Shown one piece after another: positions 25,469-34,856 of a DNA stretch of 34,911 nucleotides. The stretch's first letter is position 1; each line of letters opens with the position of its first letter. This DNA is from a virus (Duplodnaviria > Caudoviricetes), in IMG/VR virus record IMGVR_UViG_3300011339_000094, positions 1 to 34,911 of that record; one strand, given 5' to 3'. The position numbers and the translations under genes are program-made. The notes beneath the pieces are model-generated. The model did no database searches and was not told the DNA's origin. It saw only the letters and a program-made list of their open reading frames with translations.

Positions 25469-26401
25469 TTACATTTCGAGCAGGCCAATCAGCTTGCCCT
25501 TTGAAATCTTGCCCGAGTTGATAGCATTCATCAACTCGATACCGTACTTCTTGACCGCCTTGTCGTTGATGACAAACTCGCCATCCTTGAGCGCAGCGTA
25601 GCCGTCATCTGGACCCTCTGGGTTCGGGCCTTGCAAGCGTTGCATGGAGACGTAGCCGCCTTTAGCAAAACCACCGCGAGTACCGCGATCACCACCGTTT
25701 GATGCGTCACCGTTGTTGCCACCGGTAGCTACACCACCGCCGTCGCCTCCACCACCACCGCCTTGACTACCACCCCTATCCATTCCAGAAAAATCAGTGC
25801 TGTTTATGGCGTTCTGAACTGCTTGAGTGTCTGGTGTGCTTGGTGGTGAAGAAATGCTGCCCCTATCCATTCCAGAAAAATCAGTATTGTTAATCGCGTT
25901 TTGAACTGCTTGGGTGTCTGGTGTACTGACAAATCCACCGCTAGGGTTAAGTGCATTCAAAGCATTTTGGAATGAAGTCCCAGCAAGAGTATTCTGATTC
26001 TCCAAGCTAATCGTTGGATTGACGCCCATCTTTTCTAGCCTACTGTCGTACCAGCCATCTGCGCCAAAATATTTAGCCGCTTGCCCCATCAGTGATACGT
26101 TACCAAACAGGTCCTGCATCCCTAATGCAATCTTGCCCTCAGTCGGGTTTTGAGAGTAGTAGGCAGCACGCTCTGCTGGTGTCATCTGCGACCAGGCGCT
26201 TGGACCCTCCTGCATACCGCGCCCACCACCGCCCATAGCTGGCTGCGCCATGATTTCTTCGTAGCGAGTGACGGGTGCTGCTGGCTGGGGCTGGGCAACG
26301 TCATAGCCTCCGGTGTAGGCTTGTGGGTAACCAAAGAACGAAAACGGCTGAGACTGCGCGTACTGCGCCATGATCTCAGCGTAACGGTTTCTTGTCGCCA
26401 T
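25469..26401 (-). CDS. Virion-associated protein with FAKGG...GEFV domain
   Basis: Gly-rich linker, 29-aa duplication, C-terminal FAKGG..DDGYAALKDGEFVINDKAV motif. Confidence 0.7.
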   Translation of the reverse strand: MATRNRYAEIMAQYAQSQPFSFFGYPQAYTGGYDVAQPQPAAPVTRYEEIMAQPAMGGGGRGMQEGPSAWSQMTPAERAAYYSQNPTEGKIALGMQDLFGNVSLMGQAAKYFGADGWYDSRLEKMGVNPTISLENQNTLAGTSFQNALNALNPSGGFVSTPDTQAVQNAINNTDFSGMDRGSISSPPSTPDTQAVQNAINSTDFSGMDRGGSQGGGGGGDGGGVATGGNNGDASNGGDRGTRGGFAKGGYVSMQRLQGPNPEGPDDGYAALKDGEFVINDKAVKKYGIELMNAINSGKISKGKLIGLLEM

Positions 26402-26761
26402 CTACAACTCCTTGCTCAGAATATGCCACTTCGGGGCGTATCCCTCATCTGCTAAAAATGTCCTGGCCCAACCCTTACGGCCAGCCAAGGTAACTCGCGT
26501 GCAACCAATCTGCTTACCCCAAGCCTCGATGTATGGTCGCATCCGCTTGAGTTCATCTAGGTCGCCGCCAGCAAGAAAAAAGTGCAGATTCTTGAGTCGC
26601 GGATAGACAATGATCTCTGTGATGACTACGCTTTTGACTCCAGGCCAAAGCTGGAATCTGTTCTCCTGCACACCCTGCGCAACATCTTGAATGGTGTGGG
26701 TTCCTGCTGAGTATTCTAAGGCGGCTTCGATGTGTTGTGCCAACCGCCAGAAATCCTCCAT
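26402..26761 (-). CDS. GNAT-like virion assembly protein (T7 gp13 / P22 gp14 position)
   Basis: LHFFLAGG, GCTRVTLAGRKGW; TAATG coupling to the nozzle gene. Confidence 0.65.
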   Translation of the reverse strand: MEDFWRLAQHIEAALEYSAGTHTIQDVAQGVQENRFQLWPGVKSVVITEIIVYPRLKNLHFFLAGGDLDELKRMRPYIEAWGKQIGCTRVTLAGRKGWARTFLADEGYAPKWHILSKEL

Positions 26762-28239
26762 TACCGTTTCCCTGCCGACGTAGCCTCCAACCGCATCACG
26801 CCGACCCGCCAATCGTCCAGCACTGTGCCGGTGACCTTCATCTTGACGCTTCGACCCGAGAACCTAGCGTCGGTCGGAGCCTTGGCGCTGAACGGGCCGT
26901 AGCTAGACTCTGCCGATGTCGGATACAGCCTGGCCGTGAATGAGATAGCGACCTCGCCAAGCGTCTGCTCGTCAGGGATCACTGACCTGACGGCCATCAC
27001 GTTGTCGCCGTTCCCGAGTTCAATCGGACCGGACTGCGCGTAGGGAGCCACCGAGTCGTAGGTGTAGCCTACCTCGTGGTCGTAGATGTACCCGTCGGTG
27101 CTGACAAATAGCGGGTTGGCGAATACGCCTCGGTCTGTTCCGGCGGTGCGAGCCATCATCCCGATAGCCCAGTGCCCCTCACGGTAGTTGTAGGTGACAT
27201 AGCTGTCATTCTCGGTTGAGGACAGCGACGGGTAGAACCAGGTCACTTCACCATAGGTAGAGTTGTGGACGGCGTAGACCTTGGACGCCTGGGCGTAGTT
27301 GATATTGTTGAAGACGTAGTCCCCGACATCGCACTGCATAGGCTTGACGTACCCGTCATATGACCAGAATCCCGACTGACTCATCCACATCGCGGAAGTG
27401 TCGATGGCCGCCACCGCCTGCGCGGAGATGACGCCGCACCCGCTGCCCACCTTCTCAAATGAGTAGACGAATGGCAGGCCGATGTAAGACGCAACGTGCG
27501 CGTCAACGTCTGTCAATAGGAGGTTGACGCCTCGCACGCGCTTGCCGCACCTCAGAGACCCTGGCGTCGCCAGTTCAAAGTCACCCGCCTGGTTGTTGGA
27601 TGCCGCCGTCCAGGTCGTGTTGTTCTCCTGATCGCACCACTTCACCAGGCGCGGGTTGCCCGATGCGCCAAGGGCAAAGATGATGCGCTCGCTGGTGGTC
27701 ATCAGCGCCGCGCAGCTTGTCGGCGCGTTGGTGATGACGGCCGCAATGGTGGGAGTCGTGAAACCTAGCTGCCACTCGTACAGCTTGCCGTCTGTGCTGC
27801 TGCAAGCCACCAGGTACTCGCCCCAGGTGTCCAGGCTCCAAGTGGTGGCCGGTACTGATCCGGTGTCAGGTCGCGCTGTGCCATAGGACAGGCTCCCATA
27901 TGTCCAGTACCCATAGCCGGTTGTGCCGGTGGCGTCAGCAGAGCCAGTGGTGAATCCTGTCGGTGTGATGTCCTTGACTACCCCGAGTGCATTCATCGCG
28001 TACAGCTTGGACTGAGTACCCATCGCCGCGAAACGTGCCGCGCTGTTGTCTCGCCAGGTGATGATGCCTCGACAGATTCCCGTCATGGCAGACGTGGACT
28101 TAACCCGCCACCCGCCAATGGGTCGCAGGGTATTCTCAAACCAGCGAACCAGGTTGGAGTCGTACCAGCGTCCCATTGCCTGGTACTCTGTACCGTTGCG
28201 GTAAACGCCTGGGGGAATCTTGAGAGGAATGAGTGCCAT
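26761..28239 (-). CDS. Tail nozzle / head-closure protein (P22 gp10 / T7 gp12-like)
   Basis: 492-aa beta-rich protein; MALIPLKIPPGV start, WSLDTWGEYL, VKWCDQEN, EVTWFYPS. Confidence 0.8.
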   Translation of the reverse strand: MALIPLKIPPGVYRNGTEYQAMGRWYDSNLVRWFENTLRPIGGWRVKSTSAMTGICRGIITWRDNSAARFAAMGTQSKLYAMNALGVVKDITPTGFTTGSADATGTTGYGYWTYGSLSYGTARPDTGSVPATTWSLDTWGEYLVACSSTDGKLYEWQLGFTTPTIAAVITNAPTSCAALMTTSERIIFALGASGNPRLVKWCDQENNTTWTAASNNQAGDFELATPGSLRCGKRVRGVNLLLTDVDAHVASYIGLPFVYSFEKVGSGCGVISAQAVAAIDTSAMWMSQSGFWSYDGYVKPMQCDVGDYVFNNINYAQASKVYAVHNSTYGEVTWFYPSLSSTENDSYVTYNYREGHWAIGMMARTAGTDRGVFANPLFVSTDGYIYDHEVGYTYDSVAPYAQSGPIELGNGDNVMAVRSVIPDEQTLGEVAISFTARLYPTSAESSYGPFSAKAPTDARFSGRSVKMKVTGTVLDDWRVGVMRLEATSAGKR

Positions 28240-28241
28240 GA

Positions 28242-28895
28242 TTACACCGATAGGTTGGAGACAAACGACAGTGTAACTATGGCTGACGGTACTGCCGGTC
28301 TGGTGGGCGTGCTGCTGGCGGCAAAATGTTCGATGCTGACTCCTACATCTGATGGCCGCCACATAATCTGTACATAGTCATTGGCCGCCAAACTGACAAA
28401 GAAATTCAGCGCACCAATCATGTGAGCTGGGTCGCCTGATGACTTTCTTGGACCGAGTCCAAACCTACTGTTTGAATTGTCAATGTTTGTGCCGTTTTTC
28501 CTAAACCACAAATCTACGTCTTGCGTGTCATTTGTGGTGTTCTTAAATTGGATGCTGAATTGCACGTTGTAGATTCCAGACTGCGATACGTTCAGCCTGG
28601 ATGAGTTTGAGAGCGTGACGCCATTGCTGAAATCGGTGGTGTCAAACGTGATGGCGTAGGCCGTAGTAGTGTTCGCCGCTACCTGGTCTGTGGAGTCCTG
28701 GAACGCGCCATAAGGGACGTTTAGGTACTTACCACCACGCGGTCCGAATAACGCTCCCAAAGCGTTTGTGATGCGCTTGGCGTAGTTCCCGATGTTGCTG
28801 AGTGTCTGACTGAAAAACAAGCGGTCATACACCTCGCCAGGGTTGCCGATATTCGGCTGCGCTGGCGTTGTGATCTGGCCGGTGTAGTCGCTCAT
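28242..28895 (-). CDS. Tail-associated protein with C1q/TNF-like beta domain
   Basis: YGAFQD..AITFDT..SGIYNVQFSIQF..LAANDYVQIMW. Confidence 0.65.
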   Translation of the reverse strand: MSDYTGQITTPAQPNIGNPGEVYDRLFFSQTLSNIGNYAKRITNALGALFGPRGGKYLNVPYGAFQDSTDQVAANTTTAYAITFDTTDFSNGVTLSNSSRLNVSQSGIYNVQFSIQFKNTTNDTQDVDLWFRKNGTNIDNSNSRFGLGPRKSSGDPAHMIGALNFFVSLAANDYVQIMWRPSDVGVSIEHFAASSTPTRPAVPSAIVTLSFVSNLSV

Positions 28896-29230
28896 ACGTT
28901 TCGTTCAAAGTGAGGGCAGTCCACCAGGCTCTTGAAGTTGCCGCCCCAGCGGTTCTTAGGGTGCAGGCTTTCCCAGTACGCGCCAATCGGAGCCAGGATA
29001 CCCTTGTCCCAGATGATCTTCCCATCCTTGAAGAAATTTAAGTCCATTGCGCACCGCTTTAGGTGGATGGAGTTCATGGTCTTAGACCGGCCTGTTTTGA
29101 CGTAGATGGCCTGCTGCTCCGGTGTACGGGCCAATTCGCCCCCAGTGACCATGAAACCTTCGTTGGTGGCGTGCTGAATCAGCTTGCACATATCCAATAG
29201 GAATGCGGCTTGCTCTTGACTTAGGCTCAT
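28892..29230 (-). CDS. Endolysin, peptidase M15 family
   Basis: R..EQQ, SIHLKRCAMD (SxHx6D), WGGNF..DCPHFE. Confidence 0.88.
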   Translation of the reverse strand: MSLSQEQAAFLLDMCKLIQHATNEGFMVTGGELARTPEQQAIYVKTGRSKTMNSIHLKRCAMDLNFFKDGKIIWDKGILAPIGAYWESLHPKNRWGGNFKSLVDCPHFERNV

Positions 29231-29739
29231 TTTGAACTCCTCATCTCTGCCAGTTTTTCAACAGTGCGGCCACCAAAGTAAGCGCCCATAATCAGCATCC
29301 CCCAATTACCCAGCAGGGTTACATAGGACTCGTTGGCGTTGAGTCCGTAGGCGCTCATCATGGCGAACAGGAAATAGCCCATGAAGATAGCAATCAGGCT
29401 CATGGGCCGGATGTTCTTTGAGAGCCAGGAGTCAGAGTTCATGTCTGCCTCCCACCGATCTGTGATGTTGTCGGCGTCATTCTGAGCCGCCTTTGCCAAC
29501 ATCTCCATCTCAGCCAGTTCCAGCTTGGCTTTCTCAATGCCCAACTCAATCAGGCGCTCTTCATGTTCGTATTGGAGTTGCCGCAGCTTCTCAACATCAG
29601 CCGGTGTCGGGTTGTCGGGTATCTTGATGCCAAGCGTGTTCTCTACAACTTCCTTGCCCTTGGCTTGGATAGCGCTGGACAGCAGCCCCAGACCGTTTTC
29701 AGCCAGTGTGCCGAGTAGTGCGCCGATGATTGGAATCAT
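29227..29739 (-). CDS. Holin (GTA-type 3TM family)
   Basis: DSWLSKNIRP, two C-terminal hydrophobic segments, YFGGRTVEK; adjacent to the endolysin. Confidence 0.78.
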   Translation of the reverse strand: MIPIIGALLGTLAENGLGLLSSAIQAKGKEVVENTLGIKIPDNPTPADVEKLRQLQYEHEERLIELGIEKAKLELAEMEMLAKAAQNDADNITDRWEADMNSDSWLSKNIRPMSLIAIFMGYFLFAMMSAYGLNANESYVTLLGNWGMLIMGAYFGGRTVEKLAEMRSSK

Positions 29740-30226
29740 GAGAAACCTCTGTTTGTGATAACTTGAAACGTGACGCTGATCAGTGGGACAACGATAGCGG
29801 ATGCACCGGAAATCCAGAGTGTGTTCATGATGATTGCCACTTTTGCTTCCTTGTCCTTTTGCTTGCGTTCTGAATCTTCTCTTTCCATCGTGTTGCGCTC
29901 CTTGATCATCCTGGTGCGCTCTGCCATCATCTCTTCCCATACTGGCGCATTACCACTATAGAAGAGTATGTCCTTCAGTTCTTTCTCATGCTCTCTCAGC
30001 GCCTTGGATGCCAGCGCAATCTGGAGAGCCTGGGCGCTGATCTGTGCATCTGTCTTTCCTATGCTCGCAATCCTGGCTTTGCTGCTCGCTAGGTGAACTG
30101 TATCCGCTGCTTGATAAAAACCGCTGAATTCTTTGTATAGGCCGTGGATGTCTTTACCAAGAGCAATGGCTTTTTTATGCCAGCGACAGCAGCTTGTGCC
30201 ATAGCGAATGCGGTGAACGGGTCCAT
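29736..30226 (-). pseudogene. Membrane-anchored coiled-coil protein split by a -1 frameshift at the A6 run (30171-30176)
   Basis: ATG at 30226 reads MDPFTAFAMAQAAVAGIKK, stops in frame 0 at 30089; the -1 frame is open to 29736 (span 491 nt = 3n-1). Confidence 0.7.
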
Positions 30227-30393
30227 TACTTCTTGTTCACAACCGCCCACCGGCAGATGCGTCCATCTTTGTCCATAAACTCATTTGCTCTAAGCATCTT
30301 GTCCTCATCTTTCTTAGGGATACGACAAACCAAAACCGTCTTTGTTTCAGTGCCAGGCCAAGGGCTTTCAGCCGAGGAAAGCAGAGAAATCAC
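30226..30393 (-). CDS. 55-aa hypothetical protein (GTG start; not in the ORF track)
   Basis: GTGA and TAATG couplings at the two ends. Confidence 0.6.
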   Translation of the reverse strand: MISLLSSAESPWPGTETKTVLVCRIPKKDEDKMLRANEFMDKDGRICRWAVVNKK

Positions 30394-30623
30394 TTGTCGG
30401 CCTTGGCGTCCAGCCGGTCAAATAGACGTTCCAGAGTCGCGTCAATCTTGTCTAGTCGGCTCTCGATGTCTGCCTTGCTGACGTAGTTTTTTGGCAGATC
30501 AATCTCAATCTGCTTAATGTCTTCCTTCAAGGCTTTGACAGAGTCCCATATCTCTTTGCACCACCAGCCGACAGCGACCAAGACCGCGCCGCCGATGAAG
30601 TTAAACATTGGTTGGAATTCCAT
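30390..30623 (-). CDS. Small protein with N-terminal TM segment and coiled coil (lysis-module associated)
   Basis: FIGGAVLVAVGWW followed by LPKNYVSKAD and a coiled coil ending KADK. Confidence 0.75.
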   Translation of the reverse strand: MEFQPMFNFIGGAVLVAVGWWCKEIWDSVKALKEDIKQIEIDLPKNYVSKADIESRLDKIDATLERLFDRLDAKADK

Positions 30624-30624
30624 G

Positions 30625-30780
30625 TTATTCGTCCGCTGGTAGTGGTGTGTTGCCTTCAGCAAGCCATGCTAGGTATTGCTGGTAGTCGGTGTTGGCTGGG
30701 TCAAAGGGGACATATGCGTTGTCTAACAAACGCACAACAACATTTATAGTCCCATCAATGTTTTTTATTAATTTATACAT
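30625..30780 (-). CDS. 51-aa tail fibre-associated protein (not in the ORF track)
   Basis: [27 protein letters not shown] motif, directly after the fibre gene. Confidence 0.78.
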   Translation of the reverse strand: MYKLIKNIDGTINVVVRLLDNAYVPFDPANTDYQQYLAWLAEGNTPLPADE

Positions 30781-30781
30781 T

Positions 30782-32026
30782 TCATAACTCCACAGTTGCA
30801 ACCCAAGTCATTCTGTAAAAATTACCGCTTCCAGTTCCATCCGATGCTTTTGTGGAATAAAACTTTTCAGTAGTTATTTCTCCTGATGTAGGAGCAGTGC
30901 CTGGAAAACCGCTAGATGTTAAATGAGTTTGCGTAACAGTTGGTGCGGCTCTCATAGAAGTTCTAAAAAATACATTACCACCATAAGTAGAGCCGCTTGT
31001 CGTATTTCCAATAAATGGGGTTGTCGTGCCATCATATTGATAGTACCTCTGACACAAAGCCAACTCAGTCCCAAAAGGTCTGTAATCAAAGCTCGTTGCT
31101 GTTGAGCCTTTTTCAAGCTGTACGCCTGTGATGTAGAAAGTAGCGCCTGATGTGCCGACTACTGATGTTGCGCCTGTGGCAGATAAATAGTTTCCTGCCG
31201 CCCATGCGCCAGCAGTTCCGTTAAATGTTGTGCCTACGCCAAAGCCTAAAGAAAGACGAATTCCAATGCCGTTGGTAGTTAGCCATGTTCCTGATGTATC
31301 GCCAGCAATGGTTATTGTTTTTTGTTCAAAAGTATTTGCAGAATTAATTGTGTAGCTGAATGGATAACTGCGGTCTGCCGCACTGTTTCTTAATGCACCG
31401 CCAAATGTTCCTGTAAGTGATGAACGGACCCAAAAAGATAAAGTTACTGTAGCCGCAGATGCAGTACCCCATGCTAAATCAGAGACATTTAAGCCTTCAA
31501 TTTTTTGACCAAAGGCAAAGAAATCGCCAGCCGCAACAGAATACGCAGATGATGATGTCGCAAGCAATGAATTGATAAAACCTGTTGTTGCTGTTGTTGA
31601 TTGAGTCGAAGTTGCTTTTGTGGAAGCACTAGCAATATATTCCCATCGGTCAACTGAATACCCGCCAGCCGTCAAAGAAGTTGCTCTCTGGTCAATCACC
31701 ATCCCGCCATTGATGATGCGGTTTTTGAAGCCGTAGTAGCCTGTGGTTGTGCCTGTACCGCCTTGTGCTTGTGAAAGCGCGGTAGTGAGACCAGACAGTG
31801 AGGTGATATCAGAATTTGCACCAGACGCCGCTGCGCTCAAAGCTGTTCGTGCAGCGCCTGCGGTTGCTGCGCCAGTGCCACCCTTTGCGACTTTTAATAC
31901 TGGACCGGCGTCAAACAATGAGTCAATGGAGTCTAGATCGGCATTTAGCTTATTTCCCCAAGAATCAGTTGAGGCTCCTACCTCTGGTTTGGTAAGGAGT
32001 AGGTTGGTTGTCGTCGTATCAGCCAT
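30782..32026 (-). CDS. Tail fibre / receptor-binding protein
   Basis: [14 protein letters not shown] anchor, GGTGA repeats, [29 protein letters not shown]; lower GC. Confidence 0.85.
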   Translation of the reverse strand: MADTTTTNLLLTKPEVGASTDSWGNKLNADLDSIDSLFDAGPVLKVAKGGTGAATAGAARTALSAAASGANSDITSLSGLTTALSQAQGGTGTTTGYYGFKNRIINGGMVIDQRATSLTAGGYSVDRWEYIASASTKATSTQSTTATTGFINSLLATSSSAYSVAAGDFFAFGQKIEGLNVSDLAWGTASAATVTLSFWVRSSLTGTFGGALRNSAADRSYPFSYTINSANTFEQKTITIAGDTSGTWLTTNGIGIRLSLGFGVGTTFNGTAGAWAAGNYLSATGATSVVGTSGATFYITGVQLEKGSTATSFDYRPFGTELALCQRYYQYDGTTTPFIGNTTSGSTYGGNVFFRTSMRAAPTVTQTHLTSSGFPGTAPTSGEITTEKFYSTKASDGTGSGNFYRMTWVATVEL

Positions 32027-32035
32027 GATTTACCT

Positions 32036-32554
32036 CTATGCGGCCACTTGCCACGTTGTTGCATTATCGGAGATATCTGCCCATGTTTCACTGGTGTCAG
32101 ATACCGGCGTCCAGGTCTCAGACGTGTCAGGCACTGCGCCCCACCCAAAGCCTAAGATTGTCCCAACCGCGCCAGTTGCGCCGTTGCCCATTATCTCAAC
32201 TGAGATGACATTTGCGGCAGTGCCAACAAATCCCGTCCCATCGACTCCGGTGATGTCCTGGAACGATATGACTTCAGCAGTCATAGTGCCGACAGCACCC
32301 GTGGCGCTATTGCCAGTGGCAATTGGTGCAGCTAGGATTGTCCCGATGGATGCCGTTGATGCGTTGCCCGTGATGGCAATGGATACAGTCGGCCCGACTG
32401 TGCCAATGTTGCCGGTGGCAATCGTCCCATCTTCTTGGATGGACCTACTGGCAAGCAGAGTCCCTATAGCAAGTGTGGAGGCGTTGCCAGAGATGACAAC
32501 ATTGCCTATGCCATAGACGCCATTGCCGTAGTAGCCTGTACCGTATGCAGCCAC
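32036..32554 (-). CDS. Gly/Thr-rich beta-repeat virion protein
   Basis: GTG start with AAGGAG RBS; repeated ITGNxATGxVGT units; YG repeats at the N-terminus. Confidence 0.7.
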   Translation of the reverse strand: MAAYGTGYYGNGVYGIGNVVISGNASTLAIGTLLASRSIQEDGTIATGNIGTVGPTVSIAITGNASTASIGTILAAPIATGNSATGAVGTMTAEVISFQDITGVDGTGFVGTAANVISVEIMGNGATGAVGTILGFGWGAVPDTSETWTPVSDTSETWADISDNATTWQVAA

Positions 32555-32570
32555 GGCGCTGCTCCTTCAG

Positions 32571-33032
32571 TTACGCCAGCCGGATCAGGCCGGTGCTGGA
32601 GTCGTTGGTTGGCATGGTCAGAGTGAATGTACCGGCGGTAACTGTCTGCGAGCCAAATGTATGGACGCTCACCGCCTTGTTGCTCTGAGTCGAGTTGTAG
32701 ATCAGGACCGCGTCAAACGCTGTGGACAGCGTGACGTTGCTGAAACTGATGCTGGCGCTGGGCGTGATAAACGCCGTGGTGCTTGTCGATGACGGTGCAG
32801 TGCCAAAGGTGACCGTTACGCCTCCTGCGCTATAGCCAGTACCGGTCACCTCGTTGGTGCTGCTGTAGGCCGTTGTGGAGGCGTTGACGGTGGCACTTGC
32901 CAAGTACAGCGCGGCCTTGAAGGTGTCGGCTGTGGAGGCCGTGTGCGCTGGCACTCCGGTCCCGTTGAATGCGTGTACGGCGTTGAGCAAGTCAACCTTG
33001 AACGATGTACACATTGCTTGCGTGTTCGCCAT
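32571..33032 (-). CDS. Ser/Thr-rich virion structural protein
   Basis: TQAMCTSFK, TFKAALY, NEVTGTGYSAGG, VHTFGSQTVTAGTFTLTMP. Confidence 0.75.
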   Translation of the reverse strand: MANTQAMCTSFKVDLLNAVHAFNGTGVPAHTASTADTFKAALYLASATVNASTTAYSSTNEVTGTGYSAGGVTVTFGTAPSSTSTTAFITPSASISFSNVTLSTAFDAVLIYNSTQSNKAVSVHTFGSQTVTAGTFTLTMPTNDSSTGLIRLA

Positions 33033-33035
33033 TTT

Positions 33036-33227
33036 TTATCCAATCATTTGAGTTATGCCTTCGCTGAACACGTTGCGCTTGAGCACAACATGAACAGACC
33101 GATGCACCATTTCACCATTTAACCAGTACTCGGTGAACGAAATTGTCTCGTGGTCAGTCTCGTCTGAACCCTCGCGCTTTTCAAGCAGCGAGTCATCCAT
33201 CTCACCCTTTGTAGTGGTCACTATCAT
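33036..33227 (-). CDS. Hypothetical protein
   Basis: 63-aa ORF with ATGA overlap. Confidence 0.7.
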   Translation of the reverse strand: MIVTTTKGEMDDSLLEKREGSDETDHETISFTEYWLNGEMVHRSVHVVLKRNVFSEGITQMIG

Positions 33228-33847
33228 CCGAATGTCCTTGCTCTTGCCATCAACGCGCCGCCCGTCATGGAACCGCGCTCATCAGCCAGGTTGAGTGCCT
33301 CAATGCCCCGTTGGTACAGGCCAGCCCATACCTGGATTCTCGCATCATCCTGTAGGTATGGAGCAGCCTGGAGCAGCGAACCGTAAAGGTAAACGTCAGG
33401 CGACATGGTCAGCAGCCAGTTGGTCGTGTTCGACGTGGACAACTTGCTGAGTTTCCCGTAGTAGATCAACTCAGAAACGTAGGAGGTGTCAGGCGTCGGC
33501 AGGACGCGAATCTGTCCACCAATTACGCAAAAGTATTTAGGCTGGCCGCTGGCGCTGTAGCTGACTTGCAAGTCATCCATCGCGTTGATGCTTTGGAATA
33601 GCAGCGGGGAGATGGGGTTTGTGCCGGTCAGCTTGAACGATTTAGCCTCCAGGTAGTCATCAGGCAGTGCGCTGTATTCGGTATTGATGGTGGCGTTGGC
33701 CCTGACAATCATCTGCCTAGTGCGCAGATCGCGCTCCATCTGGGATTCCGCGAGAGAGACAAAGTCGGTGATGGCAGACGTGAGATCGCTACGGTTGAGC
33801 CAGTCGGCGACCGAGGCTTTCAGTTCAGCGTAGGTGCTCAATGCCAT
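33224..33847 (-). CDS. Head-tail adaptor (T7 gp11 / P22 gp4-like)
   Basis: TYAELKASVADWLNRSDL, LPDDYL, PTPD..Y, PDVYLYGSL. Confidence 0.82.
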   Translation of the reverse strand: MALSTYAELKASVADWLNRSDLTSAITDFVSLAESQMERDLRTRQMIVRANATINTEYSALPDDYLEAKSFKLTGTNPISPLLFQSINAMDDLQVSYSASGQPKYFCVIGGQIRVLPTPDTSYVSELIYYGKLSKLSTSNTTNWLLTMSPDVYLYGSLLQAAPYLQDDARIQVWAGLYQRGIEALNLADERGSMTGGALMARARTFG

Positions 33848-34502
33848 TTTCTGCCTTTTCCTTCTCGATGTCGCGCATCATCCAGGTGTGGTCGTGCTTG
33901 AATTCAAACGTCCCGATGTGGCCGATCTCCTTGCTCACGTCGTGATCTATCCAGATTTTATACCCTGCCGCCTGCGCCTTCCGGCAGAAGAAGATGTCCT
34001 CTCCGATGTAGCCGCGCTTGTCGGTGCGCCAGGGTGTCTCGAACCACGGCTCTGTCAGCTTCTCAAAGACGTTGCGCTTAATCAGCATCACGCCCATACC
34101 GATGCTGCCGACTTCCTCGATACCGGTTGACTCTGGCATGGTGTAGACCAGTTCGCGCTCGCCATCAGGACCATATTTCTGAGCAGTCGGGCCGGTAGGG
34201 ATGCGTCGGCGTGCGCAATTGGTCGCCACGATGTCCAGGTCATGCTTAAGCAGGCGCTCAACCATGTCCTGCGGGAACGTCATGTCGGAGTCAATGAACA
34301 GAATATGCGTGCATCCCTCGCCCATTGCATCCAGCGCCAGGTCAGCACGCTGGTTCTGAATCAGAGTGCCCTGCATGATTTTCAAACTCACTGCGTCTGT
34401 CGTGTTCAGTGTGTGGTAGCAGACCATATTCACCAGGCAGTAGGTGAAATTGGCGTGGACCATGTCACGGGCTGGTGTGCAGACTGCAATGTAGTTGTTC
34501 AT
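33825..34502 (-). CDS. GT-A fold glycosyltransferase
   Basis: ILFIDSDM DxD motif, GMGVMLIKRNVF, GEDIFFC, IGHIG. Confidence 0.85.
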   Translation of the reverse strand: MNNYIAVCTPARDMVHANFTYCLVNMVCYHTLNTTDAVSLKIMQGTLIQNQRADLALDAMGEGCTHILFIDSDMTFPQDMVERLLKHDLDIVATNCARRRIPTGPTAQKYGPDGERELVYTMPESTGIEEVGSIGMGVMLIKRNVFEKLTEPWFETPWRTDKRGYIGEDIFFCRKAQAAGYKIWIDHDVSKEIGHIGTFEFKHDHTWMMRDIEKEKAENGIEHLR

Positions 34503-34813
34503 ACTTGTCCAGGTCTCGTTCTGAAAAATCTGTTGTCGGGGTCATTGAGCCAGCGTTTCATGTACGCCTGATCGTCCAGCTTGCCCTCGGCCTTGAGTTT
34601 GTAGTAGATGGCCTCCGGAATGCTGGCGACGTGATGCCACTCGCCTTTCCAGTTTGCGCGTTCATCTACTCGGTTGAAATCCGCCTTGTTTGCTTCAACA
34701 ACTGCTGTGACATCCTGCTGAGTCTGAATTGTTGCCTGGCCGGTTTCATCGTTGTAATGCCAAAAGCGGGTGATGCCCGCTTCCTTGTTCTCGTCAAATA
34801 CTTGATTGTTCAT
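34499..34813 (-). CDS. Phage hypothetical protein (allele of 572-886)
   Basis: 104 aa; EAIYYKLK vs EAVYYQLK. Confidence 0.85.
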   Translation of the reverse strand: MNNQVFDENKEAGITRFWHYNDETGQATIQTQQDVTAVVEANKADFNRVDERANWKGEWHHVASIPEAIYYKLKAEGKLDDQAYMKRWLNDPDNRFFRTRPGQV

Positions 34814-34818
34814 GCGTT

Positions 34819-34849
34819 AAAAAAGGGACCAGGTTGCCCTGATCCCTTC
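34819..34849 (-). terminator. Capsid terminator, second copy
   Basis: Identical hairpin and T6 to 892-922. Confidence 0.85.
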
Positions 34850-34856
34850 CACTTGA

